The notes under the pieces are model-generated. The model was not told the DNA's origin. It saw nothing but the letters and a program-made list of their open reading frames with translations, and did not search any database. The translations under genes and the position numbers were made by a program. Positions 16,961 through 35,315 of a stretch of 64,000 nucleotides of DNA are shown here, piece after piece (the stretch's first letter is position 1; every line of letters starts with the position of its first letter). The DNA is from the human T2T-CHM13v2.0 reference genome, Homo sapiens, in assembly GCF_009914755.1 (NCBI RefSeq), contig NC_060934.1; one strand, written 5' to 3'.

Positions 16961-17809
16961 ATTATAATTTCCACAGCACTACACAGCTGTCATTTTCTCT
17001 ACCTGCAAAACTAAATAAATACTGCTAAAAATAAAAGATGATCTCCAAGATCTCTAAACATTAAAATTTTACAATAAACTGGTTGAGGTGACACATGCCT
17101 ATATTTTCAGCTACTCAGGAGTTTGAGACTGGCCTGGACAACATAGCAAGACCCTGTCTCTAAATTTAAAAAACAAATTACAGTAAGATAATCTTAGACC
17201 AGAGAAAGGAAAGTGAAATAGCTATTTGGATTATAAACTGTTTTAGTAACTCAAATGTAATGTGTGGTGGTGACAATATCTTTGATTCCTGGGAAGGTCA
17301 TTGTGAAAGGGAATAGAAAATGCCTTGAAGTCAAAATATAAGGCTCTCAAATAGAAAAATAAATATAACATTTAAGTATTGTCAACAGAGAACCAAGTTA
17401 GAAAAAACTAGTTATAGTCTGAAACAATGCTGTTTAAAAGACTGTAGTCACCAGTGTAAACTGACTCAGGCAACACTTCCCAGGGTCCATGCCGTGGACA
17501 ACTGACTAATCTCTCTATAAATACTAAAAGATAATAAGGTTCCATAACCAAACAAGATGGGGAAATGCTGGATTTAATGTCAAGCCTGTTTCCATACTGG
17601 TTATAGGCTTGAGAATCCTATGGAGCAAGTCTTTCTGGATTTGAATCCCAGCTCTTCCATTCCAGCTTAGCCGTGTGACTTAAATTGAGATAGTTGCTGT
17701 AAAGACTGGAAACAATAATGCATGTGGGAGCCTTAGAACAGAGCCTTAGACAGTGCTCAATAAATGTTAAATCATTAATAGTAACATCATTTCCCAGAGC
17801 CTTTATTAA

Positions 17810-18669
<860 letters not shown>

Positions 18670-20463
18670 GCAGCTAAAGTTCTAACAGATGACACTCTCT
18701 GATGTTCACTAAAGACTTGGGAACGTTGTCTCTACTTCATAAACCCACTCCATAGCTGGATCCTGTATTCTGTCATACCCAGCAACTGCTCCTCCCGTTC
18801 AATCTTCATTTCCACTATCCAGTCTTGAACACCAACCACTTCATGTCCCAGCAGCCACCTTCTGGTTTCATTTGTTCCCTATTCAGCCTAGACTCAATGG
18901 CCCACCACTTCAAACACTCTCGCTACTGAAATATCTTGCCTCCTTACCCTCTCTGTCACACTGACACATAAAACCCAGGCCAAGACCAATCCAACTGTTC
19001 AATTGTGTGCTCACCCAGGCTGCTGAGCCCTGAGAGAAGGAGGAAATCATTCATACAAATATATATACCACAGCCGTGAAAAATCCATGATTCCATTTTT
19101 TCTAAGTATTCCCACTCAGCTTGCCCTCTCACTTCCCTCAGAGGCTTTCTTGAAATTCTCCTTTTCTCCTCAGTCCCCTACAATCATCATTTCATCCCCA
19201 CTATAATCTCAGTGGATGACCTTATCCCCCCTTCACTGAAAAAAATAAAGTGTTGATATCCAGAATTCTCACTTGCCACCCAAACACTTCCCCATCTGCA
19301 CCATCTATTGTTCCTTTATTCCTACTTCAGTGGAAACTGTATTCTCATCTGTACTGCAACCCAGTATCTTCACTCCATTCCCACTAACCTCAAAGACAAT
19401 GTACAATCATTCACACACACCTCCTTTATTCTACATCTTCAACTTCTCCCTTCCTTTTTCCTTTTTCCATTTAGCATATAAACATGCTGAAGTCTCTCTC
19501 ATCTAAACACAGCCTGCCCCTCTACCTACTATCTTGTATCTCCCTATGAGCAAAGCTTCAAAAAGAGCAAAGCTTTCTGAAAAGAATGTTTGCACTTACT
19601 GTCTCCACTCTCAACAAATATCCACGCTTAGTCCTCAGCAACCTGGCATTTATTTCTATCATGGAGACTCCACTGAAGCTGTTCTACAGAAGGTGGCAAT
19701 CAGCTGCTTAACTCCAAAATCAAGGGACACTTCCCGGTCCTCATATTCATTCAACTGTGGGCTACATTTGACATTGCAGATGGCTCTTAAAATTTTTGTC
19801 TTCATTTAATAAATATTTACTGAAAGCTACTTTGTTGATAAGAACTTCAGATAAAATGATGAACATGACACAGTCACAAGCCCTCAAGAAGCTTAAAGTT
19901 TCTATGATAATTCCTACTCCTCCTTCCACCTCTCAGATCACTCCTTCCTTCTCTACTCAACCTTTAGAGCTGATATTCCCCCATGACTCCTTTCTTTGCT
20001 CTTCTCACATCCATCCCAGGATTAACGTGTTTACATTACCTATTCATTGATGTTGACGAAATTTTTATCACTAGCTTAGAATTCTTGACCTTTCATCCTC
20101 CTCAAACTGTCTAGTCTCAATTTTTTGTCCTCTTCCAAGTAAAACTTTCAGAAAACTATCTTTGCACACTCCACTTCCTCATATCCAATTCACGTTTTAA
20201 CCCATGACAATCTGAACGTTTTAACCCATGACAACCCACTACACTGAAACTCCTCTTACAACGTCACCACTACCTCATGATGTTAAAATGGACGTGCTTA
20301 TCATTATTCAAGCTTTCAGGGCATTCTCAACAGAACTGACCCACTCCACTATCTAACCTGTACATGTGAAATTTGGCACAGCTGTATACTGGACCCTACT
20401 CTATTTCCCATACTCTATCCCTAGGTGTTCCTACCCATTCCCATTGTTTTAAATATGACTTAT

Positions 20464-20765
20464 GCTGGGCGCAGTAGCTCACACCTGTAATCCAAACACT
20501 TTGGGAGGCCGAGGCAGGAGGATCACCTAAAGTCGGGAGTTCGAGACCAGCCTGGCCAGCATGGTGAAACCCCCGTCTCTACTAAAAATACAAAAATTAG
20601 CTGGGCATGGTGGCCCACGCCTGTTAATACCAGCTACTCTGGAGGCTGAGGTAGGAGAATCACTTGACCCCGGAGGCGGAGGTTGCAGTGAGCCAAGATC
20701 GCACCACTGCACTCCAGCCTGGGCGACAGAGCGAGACTCTGTCTCAAAATAAATAAATAAATAAA
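20464..20765 (+). mobile_element. AluS
   Basis: TSD AAATATGACTTAT. Confidence 0.92.
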
Positions 20766-21065
20766 TATGACTTATAACTCTGGTCCACATCTTTCCTGAG
20801 CTCTAGCTTCATTTACTCAACTCTCCACTTGGAAACCCCATTTGGACAAACTCAATTTATCCAAAATGTCCTTAATTTTCCCACTAAGTCTCTTCCAGAA
20901 CTACTGGAGTTATTAAAGCCAGAAACAAAGAGCCACACGTGACTACTTACTTTTCCTCGCCTCTCATATCAAACTATCTCCAAAATATATTTTGGCTATT
21001 CAGTTATCTTCAACTCACTACTATGTCATAATATAGCTATTGTTATTTCTTCCCTAGAGTACTGA

Positions 21066-21380
<315 letters not shown>

Positions 21381-21477
21381 TGACTGACTTTCTAACCAAG
21401 TTCACCAATGTCACCTTGTCCCTACCAATCCAGTCTCCAGGAGAAAGCTAAAGTGATCTTTATAAATATAATATAAA

Positions 21478-21512
21478 ATCACTACTCAGACTTTTGGCTA
21501 AGATCAAGTGTA
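21478..21512 (+). pseudogene. RNU2: 3'-truncated U2 snRNA retrocopy (nt 1-35)
   Basis: ATCACTACTCAGACTTTTGGCTAAGATCAAGTGTA vs U2 ATCGCTTCTCGGCCTTTTGGCTAAGATCAAGTGTA (31/35). Flanking direct repeat AAATATAATATAAA at 21464-21477 and 21512-21525. Confidence 0.92.
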
Positions 21513-21802
21513 AATATAATATAAATATAAATTGAAACACATCACTCACTATTTAAAACCCTTCAATTGATATGCTGGTAATCTAATTTTAAGGTAGAAC
21601 AGAGTATTCTCTTTCCCACAACAGAATGTTGCTCCAATTCTCTGGCAACTCATTCTGTGGGTCAGTGGCATTCAACTACTTCAGTACAAAGACAAACATA
21701 AGACACAGAAGTTAACTGGGTTAACTAAAGGTTACTAAACCTTTACCAAACCTTACTAAAGGTTACTAATTATTTAATTCCAAAGAAAATACCATAATTT
21801 AT

Positions 21803-22094
21803 CTTTTTTTTTTCAAGACAGTCTCGTTCTGTTGACCAGGCTGGAGGGCAGTGGTGTGACCTTGGCTCACTGCAACCTCTACCTCCTGGATTCAAATAAT
21901 TCTCGTGCCTCAGCCTCCCCAGTAGCTGGGATGACAGGCATGTACCAACACACCCAGCCAATTTTTGTTTTTTTAATAGAGATGGGTTTTCACCATGTTG
22001 GCCAGGCTGTTCTCGAACTCCTGGCCTCAAGTGATCCACTCGCCTCGGCCTCCCAAAGCCTGGGATTACAGGCTTCAGCCACTGCACTCGGCCT
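21803..22094 (-). mobile_element. Alu (S/J-like)
   Basis: Full antisense Alu. Confidence 0.9.
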
Positions 22095-22455
22095 ATACTT
22101 TTTTTTAATTGAGATAAAATTCACATAGCATACAATTTACCATTTCAAAGTATACAATTCAGTAGTTTTAGCGTATTCACATTTTGCAACCATCTACACT
22201 AATTCCAGAACATTTCTATCACCTAAAAAGAACCCCATACCTATTAACAGTCATTCCCAATTGCCTCCCTCCCCATCTCCTAGAAACCATTGATCTCTTT
22301 TCTATCTCTATGGATTTCCTGTTCTAAACATTTCATATAAGTGGGATCATACCATATGTGATCTTTCGTGGCTTCTTTCACTCAGCATAATGTTTTTAAG
22401 GTTTATCCATGTTGCAGCATGAATCTGTACTTCACTCCTTCTTGTGGCTGAATAA

Positions 22456-22938
<483 letters not shown>

Positions 22939-23177
22939 TAGGAATGGAACTGCTGTGTCATATGGCAACTGTATGTTTAACTTTTTGAGGAACTGCCAGA
23001 CTGTTTCCCATAGCATCTGTATCATTTTACATCTCTATAAGTAAGGAACCCTTATAGGGTTCCCATTTCTCCACATCCTCACCAACAGTTGTTGGGGTTT
23101 TGTTTTTTGGGTTTTTTTTTTTTTGAGATTTTTTTTAAGTTATTATAGTCATTCTAGTGGGTGTGAATTGGTATCTC

Positions 23178-23458
23178 TATTATTATTATTATTATCATTA
23201 TTATTTTAGAGACAGGGTCTTGCTCTGCCGCCCAGGCTGGAGTGCAGTGGCACCATCACTGCTCACTGCAGCCTCGACGGCACAGGCTCAAGCAGATCCT
23301 CCCACCTCAGCTTCTCGACTAGCTGGAACTACAGGCACAAACCACGCCTATCTCCCTATGTTGCCCAGGCTGGTCTCTAACTTCTGGGCTCAAGTGATCT
23401 TCCTGACTCAGTCTCTCAAAGTGCTGGGATTATAGGCAATGAGCCACCACACCTGGCC
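23178..23458 (-). mobile_element. Alu (J-like), linker deleted, (TAT)n tail
   Basis: Antisense Alu. Confidence 0.85.
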
Positions 23459-23491
23459 TCACTGTGATTTTTATTTGCATTTCCCTAATGA

Positions 23492-23884
<393 letters not shown>

Positions 23885-24062
23885 TGCCCATTGTTTCAAT
23901 TGGATTATTTGCTTTTTTCTTATGGAGCTGTGATAGTTCTTTACATATTCTAAATACTAGACCCTTAACAGATACACAATTTGCAAATATTTAATCCCAT
24001 TCTGTAGGTTGTCTTTTCACTTTCTTAATGATGTCCTTTGAAACATAGAAGTTTTTAATTTT

Positions 24063-24989
<927 letters not shown>

Positions 24990-27767
24990 TTAATTTTAAT
25001 AAAGTCCAATTTATCTATTTGCTGTTTTTGAAACTGCATTTATGAGGAGATTTTGGGGACAAGGGTTAAATGGTGACAGAATAGTGTCCTTTGTGAGGAT
25101 GTGAAATGGAATAATTCGGATAAATAAATAGGGTTTATGTATCATTGATTACTAATTCTTGCTACAGTATGATGAGGGCAATAACATGTTTGAAAATTTA
25201 ACCTTAAAGTTTTGCTAATTCCAGTAGTAGCAAAATATTTATATAGCCCTAAATAAATTTTGAGGAATCAAAGGAGTGATACATAATAAGTGAATACATA
25301 TAAAATGTTGATTGCAAACAAAGGAAAGATGATTGAGAGAATATAATTTGTCAGGGCATTTTATTTGCAGGACATAATAAAACTGGACAATAATATCTAT
25401 CTCATACAGTCCTTGTATTAGATATATTAATCTTATAAAGTACATGAAAGAATGCTTAGCACATAGTATTTGCTATATGAGTATTATTTATTATCAGTAG
25501 TATTCTTATTAAGTATCTAGATTTAGAGCTACCCTGAGGCTCTACTGAATATAGTACGTAAGAAATTTCTAATTGTAACTTCCTCTTTTCTGTTTTGCAC
25601 ACATTTCTTGTAGGATTACCTGAAGAAATATTCTCAGTATTGTTCCACATCAAGATGGCCACTAGTAGCACTGAGCTTATATCTTACTAGCTAAGCTACT
25701 TTTTCAGAAAATGAACACTGTTTTCCTCAATAATTCCAACAAAATTTCTAGTTAAGTTTCTCATTAGACTAGGTTGGATCATGATCGTATTACAAAATAA
25801 AACATATGGTTAATGGGGTAGCATCTTTATTTTGGGCAGGTTGAGACATATTATGACCACTGCCCATGATGATTAGGTCCATTGCTCTCACATGGTGTGA
25901 ACTAGAAGTGAAAGAGAGGTAGAACTTCAAAAAAGATTGAAATGCTGCTACAGAAGAAAAAGAAAATACTGAGGTCTCTGTAACCACAGATATTTATGTT
26001 ATAAGAAATCAATACAGATTAAAAATTAGGTAAAAAAATTGATTTACTAATAATCTTGATCTTTAGCCACATTTCTCTGAAATAAATTGCTATGATGCCG
26101 TGATGGGGATCAGCAAGCTACGTTTTCCAAGTTCCTTCAAGTGGGATCCTGCTACGTTCTGCTATTGGGAGGTACTAGAGAAACATAGGCAAGAGAATGG
26201 AAGAATAGATCTCCTTTTCCTGTTTGTTTGCCGTCCTTGCTGATATTCTCCCAAGAACATCCCCTTGCCCTAGGAGCAGTAATTGTTTCAGTTTACCAAT
26301 TTTTTCAGAGCCCCAGAAAGTGCCTCTTCAGAGGTAACAGCAGCAGTTGGAACATATCTCTCCCTCAGAGGTCTAGCCTCAGCTCAGGAAGGCTTTTACT
26401 CTGAGTTTACAAATTTTAATAACTCCAGTCTCTTCCCTTTATTCATCTAAGCTTCTGAGGAAGTCCGTATGTGGCCACGAGATGGTGGTGATAGCTTCAT
26501 CTTGCAGTCATTTTCTTTGCTTTCCACAGTGTTGTTACTTTTTTCTCCTATTTCCTATGTGGTCAAATTTTAATATTAACTCATAGTCATAGTGTAGTAT
26601 TCATACTTTATGTGAAATGAAATGTTTTTTATAATGTAGCCATGGCCTACCAATAGCATATTTTCTTTTAGATTTCGCAATATATATTATATATATTTTG
26701 CTTCAGTGACTTTATATGCTTTTTTGTTGCCCACATTAGTTTTTTATATACAAAACATCCAATATTACCCTGGTCCCATCATTTCTTCTGATATCCATTG
26801 TCCTGTGATTTCTCCTGGAAAGTGAATTGTTTATCTGTCCATTTCACTCTGTGAAGTCATACAGGTCTATCTATATAGAACTCCTGTGCTCCAATTTATT
26901 CCTTGTGTGAAACTGGGCAATTTTTTAATCTCGGAATATGTTTCTTCATATGCAAATCAGAGATAACACTTACCTCACAACATTGTTTAGAGCATTAAAA
27001 GAAATATAATATGATATCATTCACACAGAATTTCCCTGGGTGTGAATTGAACAATGTCAGTATTTCTCCCATTTAATGTGAAAACAAACTATATAAATAA
27101 ACAAAAAAAAGTATAAAAGAAGAAAAAATATCAATAAAAATTATTATAAAATGTATACATATTAAAATATTATCAAGAGTCCTATACAAATTGAGTTTTT
27201 CAAAAATAATAAGGATTGTAACTTTTATATTGCAGTTAATGCAAGAAGCATTATGAAAGAGAATCACATGTCTAGAGCAAAGTGATGTTAATAGTGTTTA
27301 TGTTTGAGCCAGATGGAACTCCTCATAGGAGCACACAGTGCTCATCTCCTCCCAACTTTGCATTCAAAGAAATCATATTCGTAAGCCAAAATTGGTCATA
27401 GAGGAAATATTCAACACCACTAAATTAAGCAAACTAAAAATACAGCAGTTTTTCTCAGTGAACTGGTTGTTAAATACATACTAAATCACCGCTAGGTGGC
27501 ATAGGCCCTCATAAATGGCAAAATAAAAATGGGACTGCTTAGTTTCTATTTTGTTACTTTCTTTATTTCTGAAGAGAATGAGTTCAAATTTTAACAGCAG
27601 AGAAAAAAATATAGTTATGAGAGAATCAGACTTTCAAGTATGTGGGGCTATTTTAGGGAAGGACATAGATGTTCTAAATTTATCCTAGCCAAGAAAAAAA
27701 ATGTGCTTGGTTGGTTACAGATGAAAATCATTAAAATCCTCCCATAGGATTATTGATCAGTCTAAAC

Positions 27768-28085
27768 CAAGGGTCCATTTTTTTTTAAAGGGTCATATTG
27801 TAAAAATGTTGGTCTTTATTGGCCTGTTTCTGTCTCAACTAACAAACTCTGCTGCATTAGTGTAAAAGTAGCCATAGACAAATAATGTAAATGTAAATGA
27901 ATAAATATAATTGTGTTCTAATAAAATTTTATTTGTATATCAAAATTTAAATTTTAGCATGTCATAAGTTATTATTTGGGTTTTTTCAATGAGTAAAAAA
28001 TGTATAATCTACATTTAGTTTGCTTGCTCTACTAAGTGAGGTGGGGGCCAGATTCAGCTTGAGGAGAGTAGCTAGCTATCTCTTA
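27768..28085. mobile_element. hAT MITE, MER58-like
   Basis: CAAACTCTGCTGCATTAGTGTAAAAGTAGCCATAGACAAAT...GGGCCAGATTCAGC. Confidence 0.6.
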
Positions 28086-28177
28086 GTGTAAACAATATAT
28101 ATTATTTAGTATTCTTTTGAAGTGATCAACTTGGTTATAATCATGGTAAGCTGGCAAGTGAGTTGTAAGATAAGGAC

Positions 28178-28774
28178 TATATTAGTTAAGGTTCTCCAGA
28201 GAAACAGAACCATAAATGAGATAGATAACTAAGACAGATGTAGACATAGAGGTAGAGATAGAGATAGAGACAGATGAGATAAAGATACAGATGATACAGA
28301 TATAGATGACACAGAGATACAGATACTGTTACAGATGAAATAGATAGAGAAAGAGACAGAGATAGCTAGAAGAAGATAATTCTTGGGAGGAATTGGCTCA
28401 CAAGGATGTCGAGACTGAGAAATTCCACAATCTCCTGCCTGCATGATGGAGGCCCAGGAAAGTTAGTGATATAGTTCAACCTAAGCCCAAAAGTCTGAGA
28501 ACCAGGTGTTCCAATATCAGAGGATAAGAGAAGATGGATGTCCCAGCTCAAGAAGACAGATTAAATTCGCCCTTCCTCTGCCTTTTTGTTTTATTTGGGC
28601 TCTGAAGAGATTGAAGGATGCCCATAGATATTGGTGAGGATGATCCTCTTCACTCAGTCTACCTATTCAAATGCTAATTTCTCTGGAAACACAGACATAC
28701 TCAGAAATAATGTTTTATCAGCCATGTGGGCAACCCTTAGCCCAGTAAAACTGACACATGAAGTTACTCATCAC
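28178..28774 (-). mobile_element. ERVL solo LTR (MLT2-like) with internal (AGAT/AGAC)n
   Basis: TATTAGTTAAGGTTCTCCAGAGAAACAGAACC...CTGACACATGAAGTTACTCATCACA. Confidence 0.85.
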
Positions 28775-29861
28775 AGGGAGGTCTGGGACAATTCACGTCT
28801 TTGTTAATTTAAATAGACACATGAAGAAATTATTTTTTCTCTTTTCTTCTTCTTTCTCTTTCTTTTTCTTTCTTTGTCTTTCTCTTTCTCTTTCTTTTTA
28901 TTTTTAACTAAAGGACATTTTGTAAGCACATGAAACCAGAGAATTGCAGTAGCCATATGACTACTATGAGGTGAGAAAAAGGAAAGTTTTTGCATCCTGC
29001 AGATCTGCCCCATCTATGGTCTTTGTGTTAACTGAGACGACAAATACGTTACTACCTAAGCTTCCTTTAGTAACGTCTCCCACTACCTTTATGTTAAAAC
29101 ATTTTAAAAGATAAAATTAAAGGTACAAAATTTTGTTCTTTTAGAGTGGAATAAAGTGGGCTTTCATAAGCTCAGATGTGAATTTTACAATGATTCTGGT
29201 CAAATTTTTCAGATAATTTTAGAAAATTGTCTAAAAATACTCTAAATCTAGTGTTAATTATTAGACATTATTTTTTCAAATGTTATTAATATTATAGTGT
29301 TAGATGAAGAAAGTATAATCACTAGGGATGAGTTTAATTTCTTTAAGAAAGACAGATATCAGGATCCTCTAATAATACATTAAATGCCCACTAAAGTCAG
29401 AGGTATGTATTTGACATGTACCTTACTATATTCTTGTGGACAAGAAGGAGCAATATGGATTAGGTAATGGAATAATTTGGTAAATTATTTAATGGTTAAT
29501 TGATATACTTACATATTACTAACAAAATGGTTGTAACCTGAAAATTTCATTTTTGTTTATATTCTGGTAACATTATCATCAGTGTTTTAGACATGTTCAT
29601 CTGTCAAACACATGAAAAATGAAACAACTCTAAGGATTAGCTAATAGGTTGAATGATAAAATAAAAACCTATATAGATGTCTGTGCATTACAATTATGAA
29701 ACAGCTTTTAGTTAATAAAACTAAATAGGAAAGACCCTTAAATATTACATATTTAACAATAAACCACACACACGTAATGACAATACTAGGATGAGAGACA
29801 TACGTTTTAAAAAGCAAGATTTTACTACAACAAGCAGTGTTTAGCTAGCTATACTGTCAAC

Positions 29862-30080
29862 CAAGGGTTGGCAAATTATGGCCTGCAGGCCATATCCAGC
29901 CAATAGACTGCAATAAATTAAATTTTATTGCAGCATGGACACACTCATTCATTTGCGTATTGTCTATAAATGCTTTCTCACTGCAACAGCAGAGTTGAAC
30001 AGTTGTATAGAGATTATATGGCCCACAAAACCTAAAATCTTAGCCTCTTTCCCTTTACAGTAAAGGTTTATTAATCCTGC
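29862..30080. mobile_element. MER58A-like hAT MITE within CR1/L3-like remnants
   Basis: CAAGGGTTGGCAAATTATGGCCTGCAGGCC...GGCCCACAAAACCTAAAAT...CCCTTTACAG. Confidence 0.75.
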
Positions 30081-30837
30081 CTAAAAACAAATTTAGCGGA
30101 ATAATTTGGTTACAGGAAAATAATGATTTTTCTCTTATAAGTTTAATGTCTGGACAAGGTTAATGAGAGCTATGTTTTTCTCCAGGTAGAGTATCCTGGA
30201 CGTGCAGTTTTTATGCATATTTTAACTTGAAGACACTAAAGAGTGTTCAAATGTAGGATATACAAATGACATAGTGATTTAAAATAGTAGTGTCAACTGT
30301 GGCTAACAAAACTAGGACCATGCTTTTCCTAAAAAATGGAGGAAAATGGCAAGATAGGATAGTTTTGGCACATAAATTGCATCACATTTTTGAGAGTGTC
30401 ATTTGAAGGCATGGTTTAGTCTAATCTTGGTTTATCTCAAATGTAAGTTCAGTAACATGGATGTTACAGCAAGACATAATTTGACTCTAAATCAGCAAGT
30501 ACTTGCAAATATTCAGAACTATCTGGAAGTGAAAACGGCTTCCTCTGTAGACAGACAGCAAGTTTCTTATCCCAGAGCCCTGTAGGTAGACCATCTGTGC
30601 AGGTTATAATCAGGAGATTCATGAATGTGATAATGATGACATAGTCACATTGACAATGAGGCTTTTAGTCATACAGATTAAAGTAAATATATACTCTATT
30701 GTGCAAATCTCCTAGTAATTGAAAATAAATTTAATCTTGTGCTACAAGTAGATACAAAGTATTCCCAGTTAGATTTTACATGTATACATTTTGAAACTAT
30801 TAATTTTTTAAAAATAATGCAATGACTTTTTAAAAAG

Positions 30838-30838
30838 T

Positions 30839-30872
<34 letters not shown>

Positions 30873-31154
30873 TTTATGGAGTCTCGCTCTGTCACCGAGT
30901 TTCGAGTGCAGTGGTGTGATCTCGGCTCACTGAAACCTCTGCCTCTGGGGTTCAAGCGGTTCTCCTGCCTCAGCCTCCCGAGTAGCTGGGACCACAGGCA
31001 TGTACAACCATGCCCGGCTAATTTTTGTATTTTTAGTGGAGACAGGGTTTCACCATGTTGGCCAGACAGGTCTTGAACTCCTGACCTCAGGTGATCTGCA
31101 TGCCTCAGCCTCCCAAAGTGCTGGGATTACAGGCGTGAGCCACTGCGCCCAGCC
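30838..31154 (-). mobile_element. AluS with (TTGA)n tail
   Basis: Full antisense Alu. Confidence 0.92.
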
Positions 31155-31774
31155 AATTTTCTCATTTTTGATACACTAATTCTAAAGTAAACTTTCCCCT
31201 TTATTACTTGAAGATTTATTTCAGGTGTTTTTCAATTCTTCCTAATTTCAGCTCCTCAATTGAAATTTGGTTCACATTAATGATGCTTATCTGTTCTTGA
31301 CACATAGAAAATACAAATATAGGACTTTTACTGAATTCTATTTTTTAAAAGTTCTAAGGAAAAAGCTATTACATCCACATATATGTGTAAAATGAAACGT
31401 AGACCTAAGAGCTACTGTGAATAAACAGCTTGACTTTTAATAAAAGAGAGTATATTAAATTTATGTTACAGCTAAGAATCTGGGAATTCTTGAGTACTGT
31501 CTGCTAGGAACACTATTATGTCAAAAATAACAAAAGGGGTTATTTGACATGATTTGCTGATCACTAACCCCACTGAGGGAAGCCCTCCAAGGTTTATGTG
31601 AGAAGTAGTCAGTTTGTTTTTGTCTTACTGGTGCAGAAGAAATGCTTTTTATTGCCCATGTTCTCCAAGGATGACACTGAGCTCCACAAAGCAACCACTG
31701 GGGAATATCAGATAACTAGCATGAATCTATTGTTATAAAACAAGCACGCTGTTTTAAAAACATATTTAAAGTAA

Positions 31775-32175
<401 letters not shown>

Positions 32176-34309
32176 ACTTTGGTGTTTTGATGTCTATAGA
32201 AATGAGCAGTTTCTCTACTTCTTTCCCAGAAATTTATCTCCAATGCTGACATAAGCACAAAGACCTTATGTACTGTGCTGGGAAATATTTTGTGTCTTAA
32301 GAATAAAAATTTTCATTAGAGTTAGTCCATGCATCACACATATTATCCTTCCTGATAAGAGGAACACTGAAGCACAGACACTGTGTTGGGCTATAGTTCT
32401 TAATGGAAAAATTAAGCTTTTCAAAATGTTAGTCACTGCCATGCTAGATGTTTAAGTCATTTTTACAACCTGTTTTGATAGATTCTAAGAATCAGTCTTA
32501 CATTATATTTTCTGTGGCTTACTGTTAAAATCTTATTCATAAAAATAACGGTTGTGCATAGAAGTAGTATATACCAACATCATAAACCAGAAAGTAATTT
32601 ATATTTAACCCTCATAACAATACTTCAAAGTAGAAATTACCTCATATTGTAGAGGAAACACAGGCTCAGATAGGATATAAATTGCCCATATCACAAAATT
32701 AGTAAGTGATGGAGCTAGAATACAAACAAGATCTGCCTATTTACACAAATCAATAATTTTTCCTCTATAGCATGTTGTCATTACATGCCTTTGGTTTTCA
32801 GGTGAAATGCACTCAACTTCACATTTTAAAATATGCCACAAATGTACCCATAAAGTAAGTGAACATGACTATTGAGTGGGATCACAATTATTAAAAAGTT
32901 TGCCTTGGGAACAAAGACAGTATACTGACCGTCAGGGAACTGAATTCCATAACCAAAGGGGACATGTGCCATCTCCCTGGGCTCAATGGGGTTTTCCCAA
33001 TGGATTCTTTGTAAATAGGTGTTGCACATATTTCTGTTTCTTTAAGCTTTCCTTTATAACTTCCAGACCTACTTCTGATGGTGTTGAATTTCTTTCAAAA
33101 CCTCACCCTAGATATGGGGTCAGCTTTAGGCAAAACTGAGAGTTGCTAGCTAACAAAAGTAGCTAATATTTTAATGAAAAGTCTTATTATTAAGCTAAAT
33201 GCCAAACGCTATTCATTACATGTATTAATCAATTATCACAATTTTATGAAGTAGATATGACCATCATTTTTATTTATCAGTTGAAGAAACTAAGACACAG
33301 AAAACTCAAATACCTTACCCAAAGTCATATTGCTTGTGGAGAAGTTGGCAATTCATCTTGGTTATCTTGACTTAGAGTCTGCGTGCTGGATGACTATTTT
33401 AGACTGTTACGTGTGCATGCAGAGCTCAGTGTTTGTCTGGTCCCACTCCCTCCTACCCTTCTGTCCCCTAGTGACTTCATCCTGTTCCCTACTTCTCAAG
33501 ACTACTCCTTTTCTTGGACACTTTTTCATATTTCAGAACTAATCATTCTGTTTATTTTTTCTCTGCTCATCATGCCAAAGTTAGCAGGGCAGCTGAAATA
33601 AAGGAATTCATACTAAAAAATGGCATGCTCAATTTGTAAAATTTTCCAGAGTTAAATAGGTAGAGTGAAATGCGCAATTTCTTCTTTGAAGAAAACAATG
33701 TTGAATTTTACTTAAATGAATGATAAATATAATTTTGACATGTATTTGTGATCTGTATGAGTAATATCATATCCTATCCTGCTTCACATTCTCACACTCT
33801 TATACCATTAATGATCTCTACATCTATCCCCAATCAGCTACCACCTCTCTTCCTCAGCTGTGTTATGTCAGGTCTGAAAATTAAATTTTAAAAGTAGTTC
33901 CTAAGTTTTCAACATTCTTAAAGTTTTTTTCCTGGAAGGACATGATGAGTAACCTGACTGTCAGCAAATGCCTTAGGTATTAAGGAGAACAATCATAATG
34001 GCAATAGCTAATATTTTTTGGCAGAGCCAAGTTTCAGTATCTCTTTGCAACTCTGTGACATCATGATCATATTAATTCTTATTACAAACCTATGAAGTGG
34101 CTATCCACTTTATTTTAATTTTATAAGGGAAAAAACAAGTCCTTAGAGAGTCTAAGTAACTTGGCTCTGGATTTGAACTTCAATCTAGCTATCTCTATAA
34201 CTTGACCTTTAAACATTATACCACCTTATATGTCAAACTTACCTTGAAAACCAACAAGTAAACCAAATAAATAAAACAATAAGAACAACCTATAATAAAA
34301 AGCCTTCTC

Positions 34310-34698
<389 letters not shown>

Positions 34699-34786
34699 TC
34701 AACTGCTGTGAAGTAAACTTGTTTACTCCTGATCAAGAAGTAGCAGCAGATTATACCTCTGTGGTATTAGTAAAATACATCTTTGC

Positions 34787-35315
<529 letters not shown>

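Noticed and set aside
28205-28380. Purine-rich AGAT/AGAC array
   Set aside because: The usual internal microsatellite of MLT2 LTRs.
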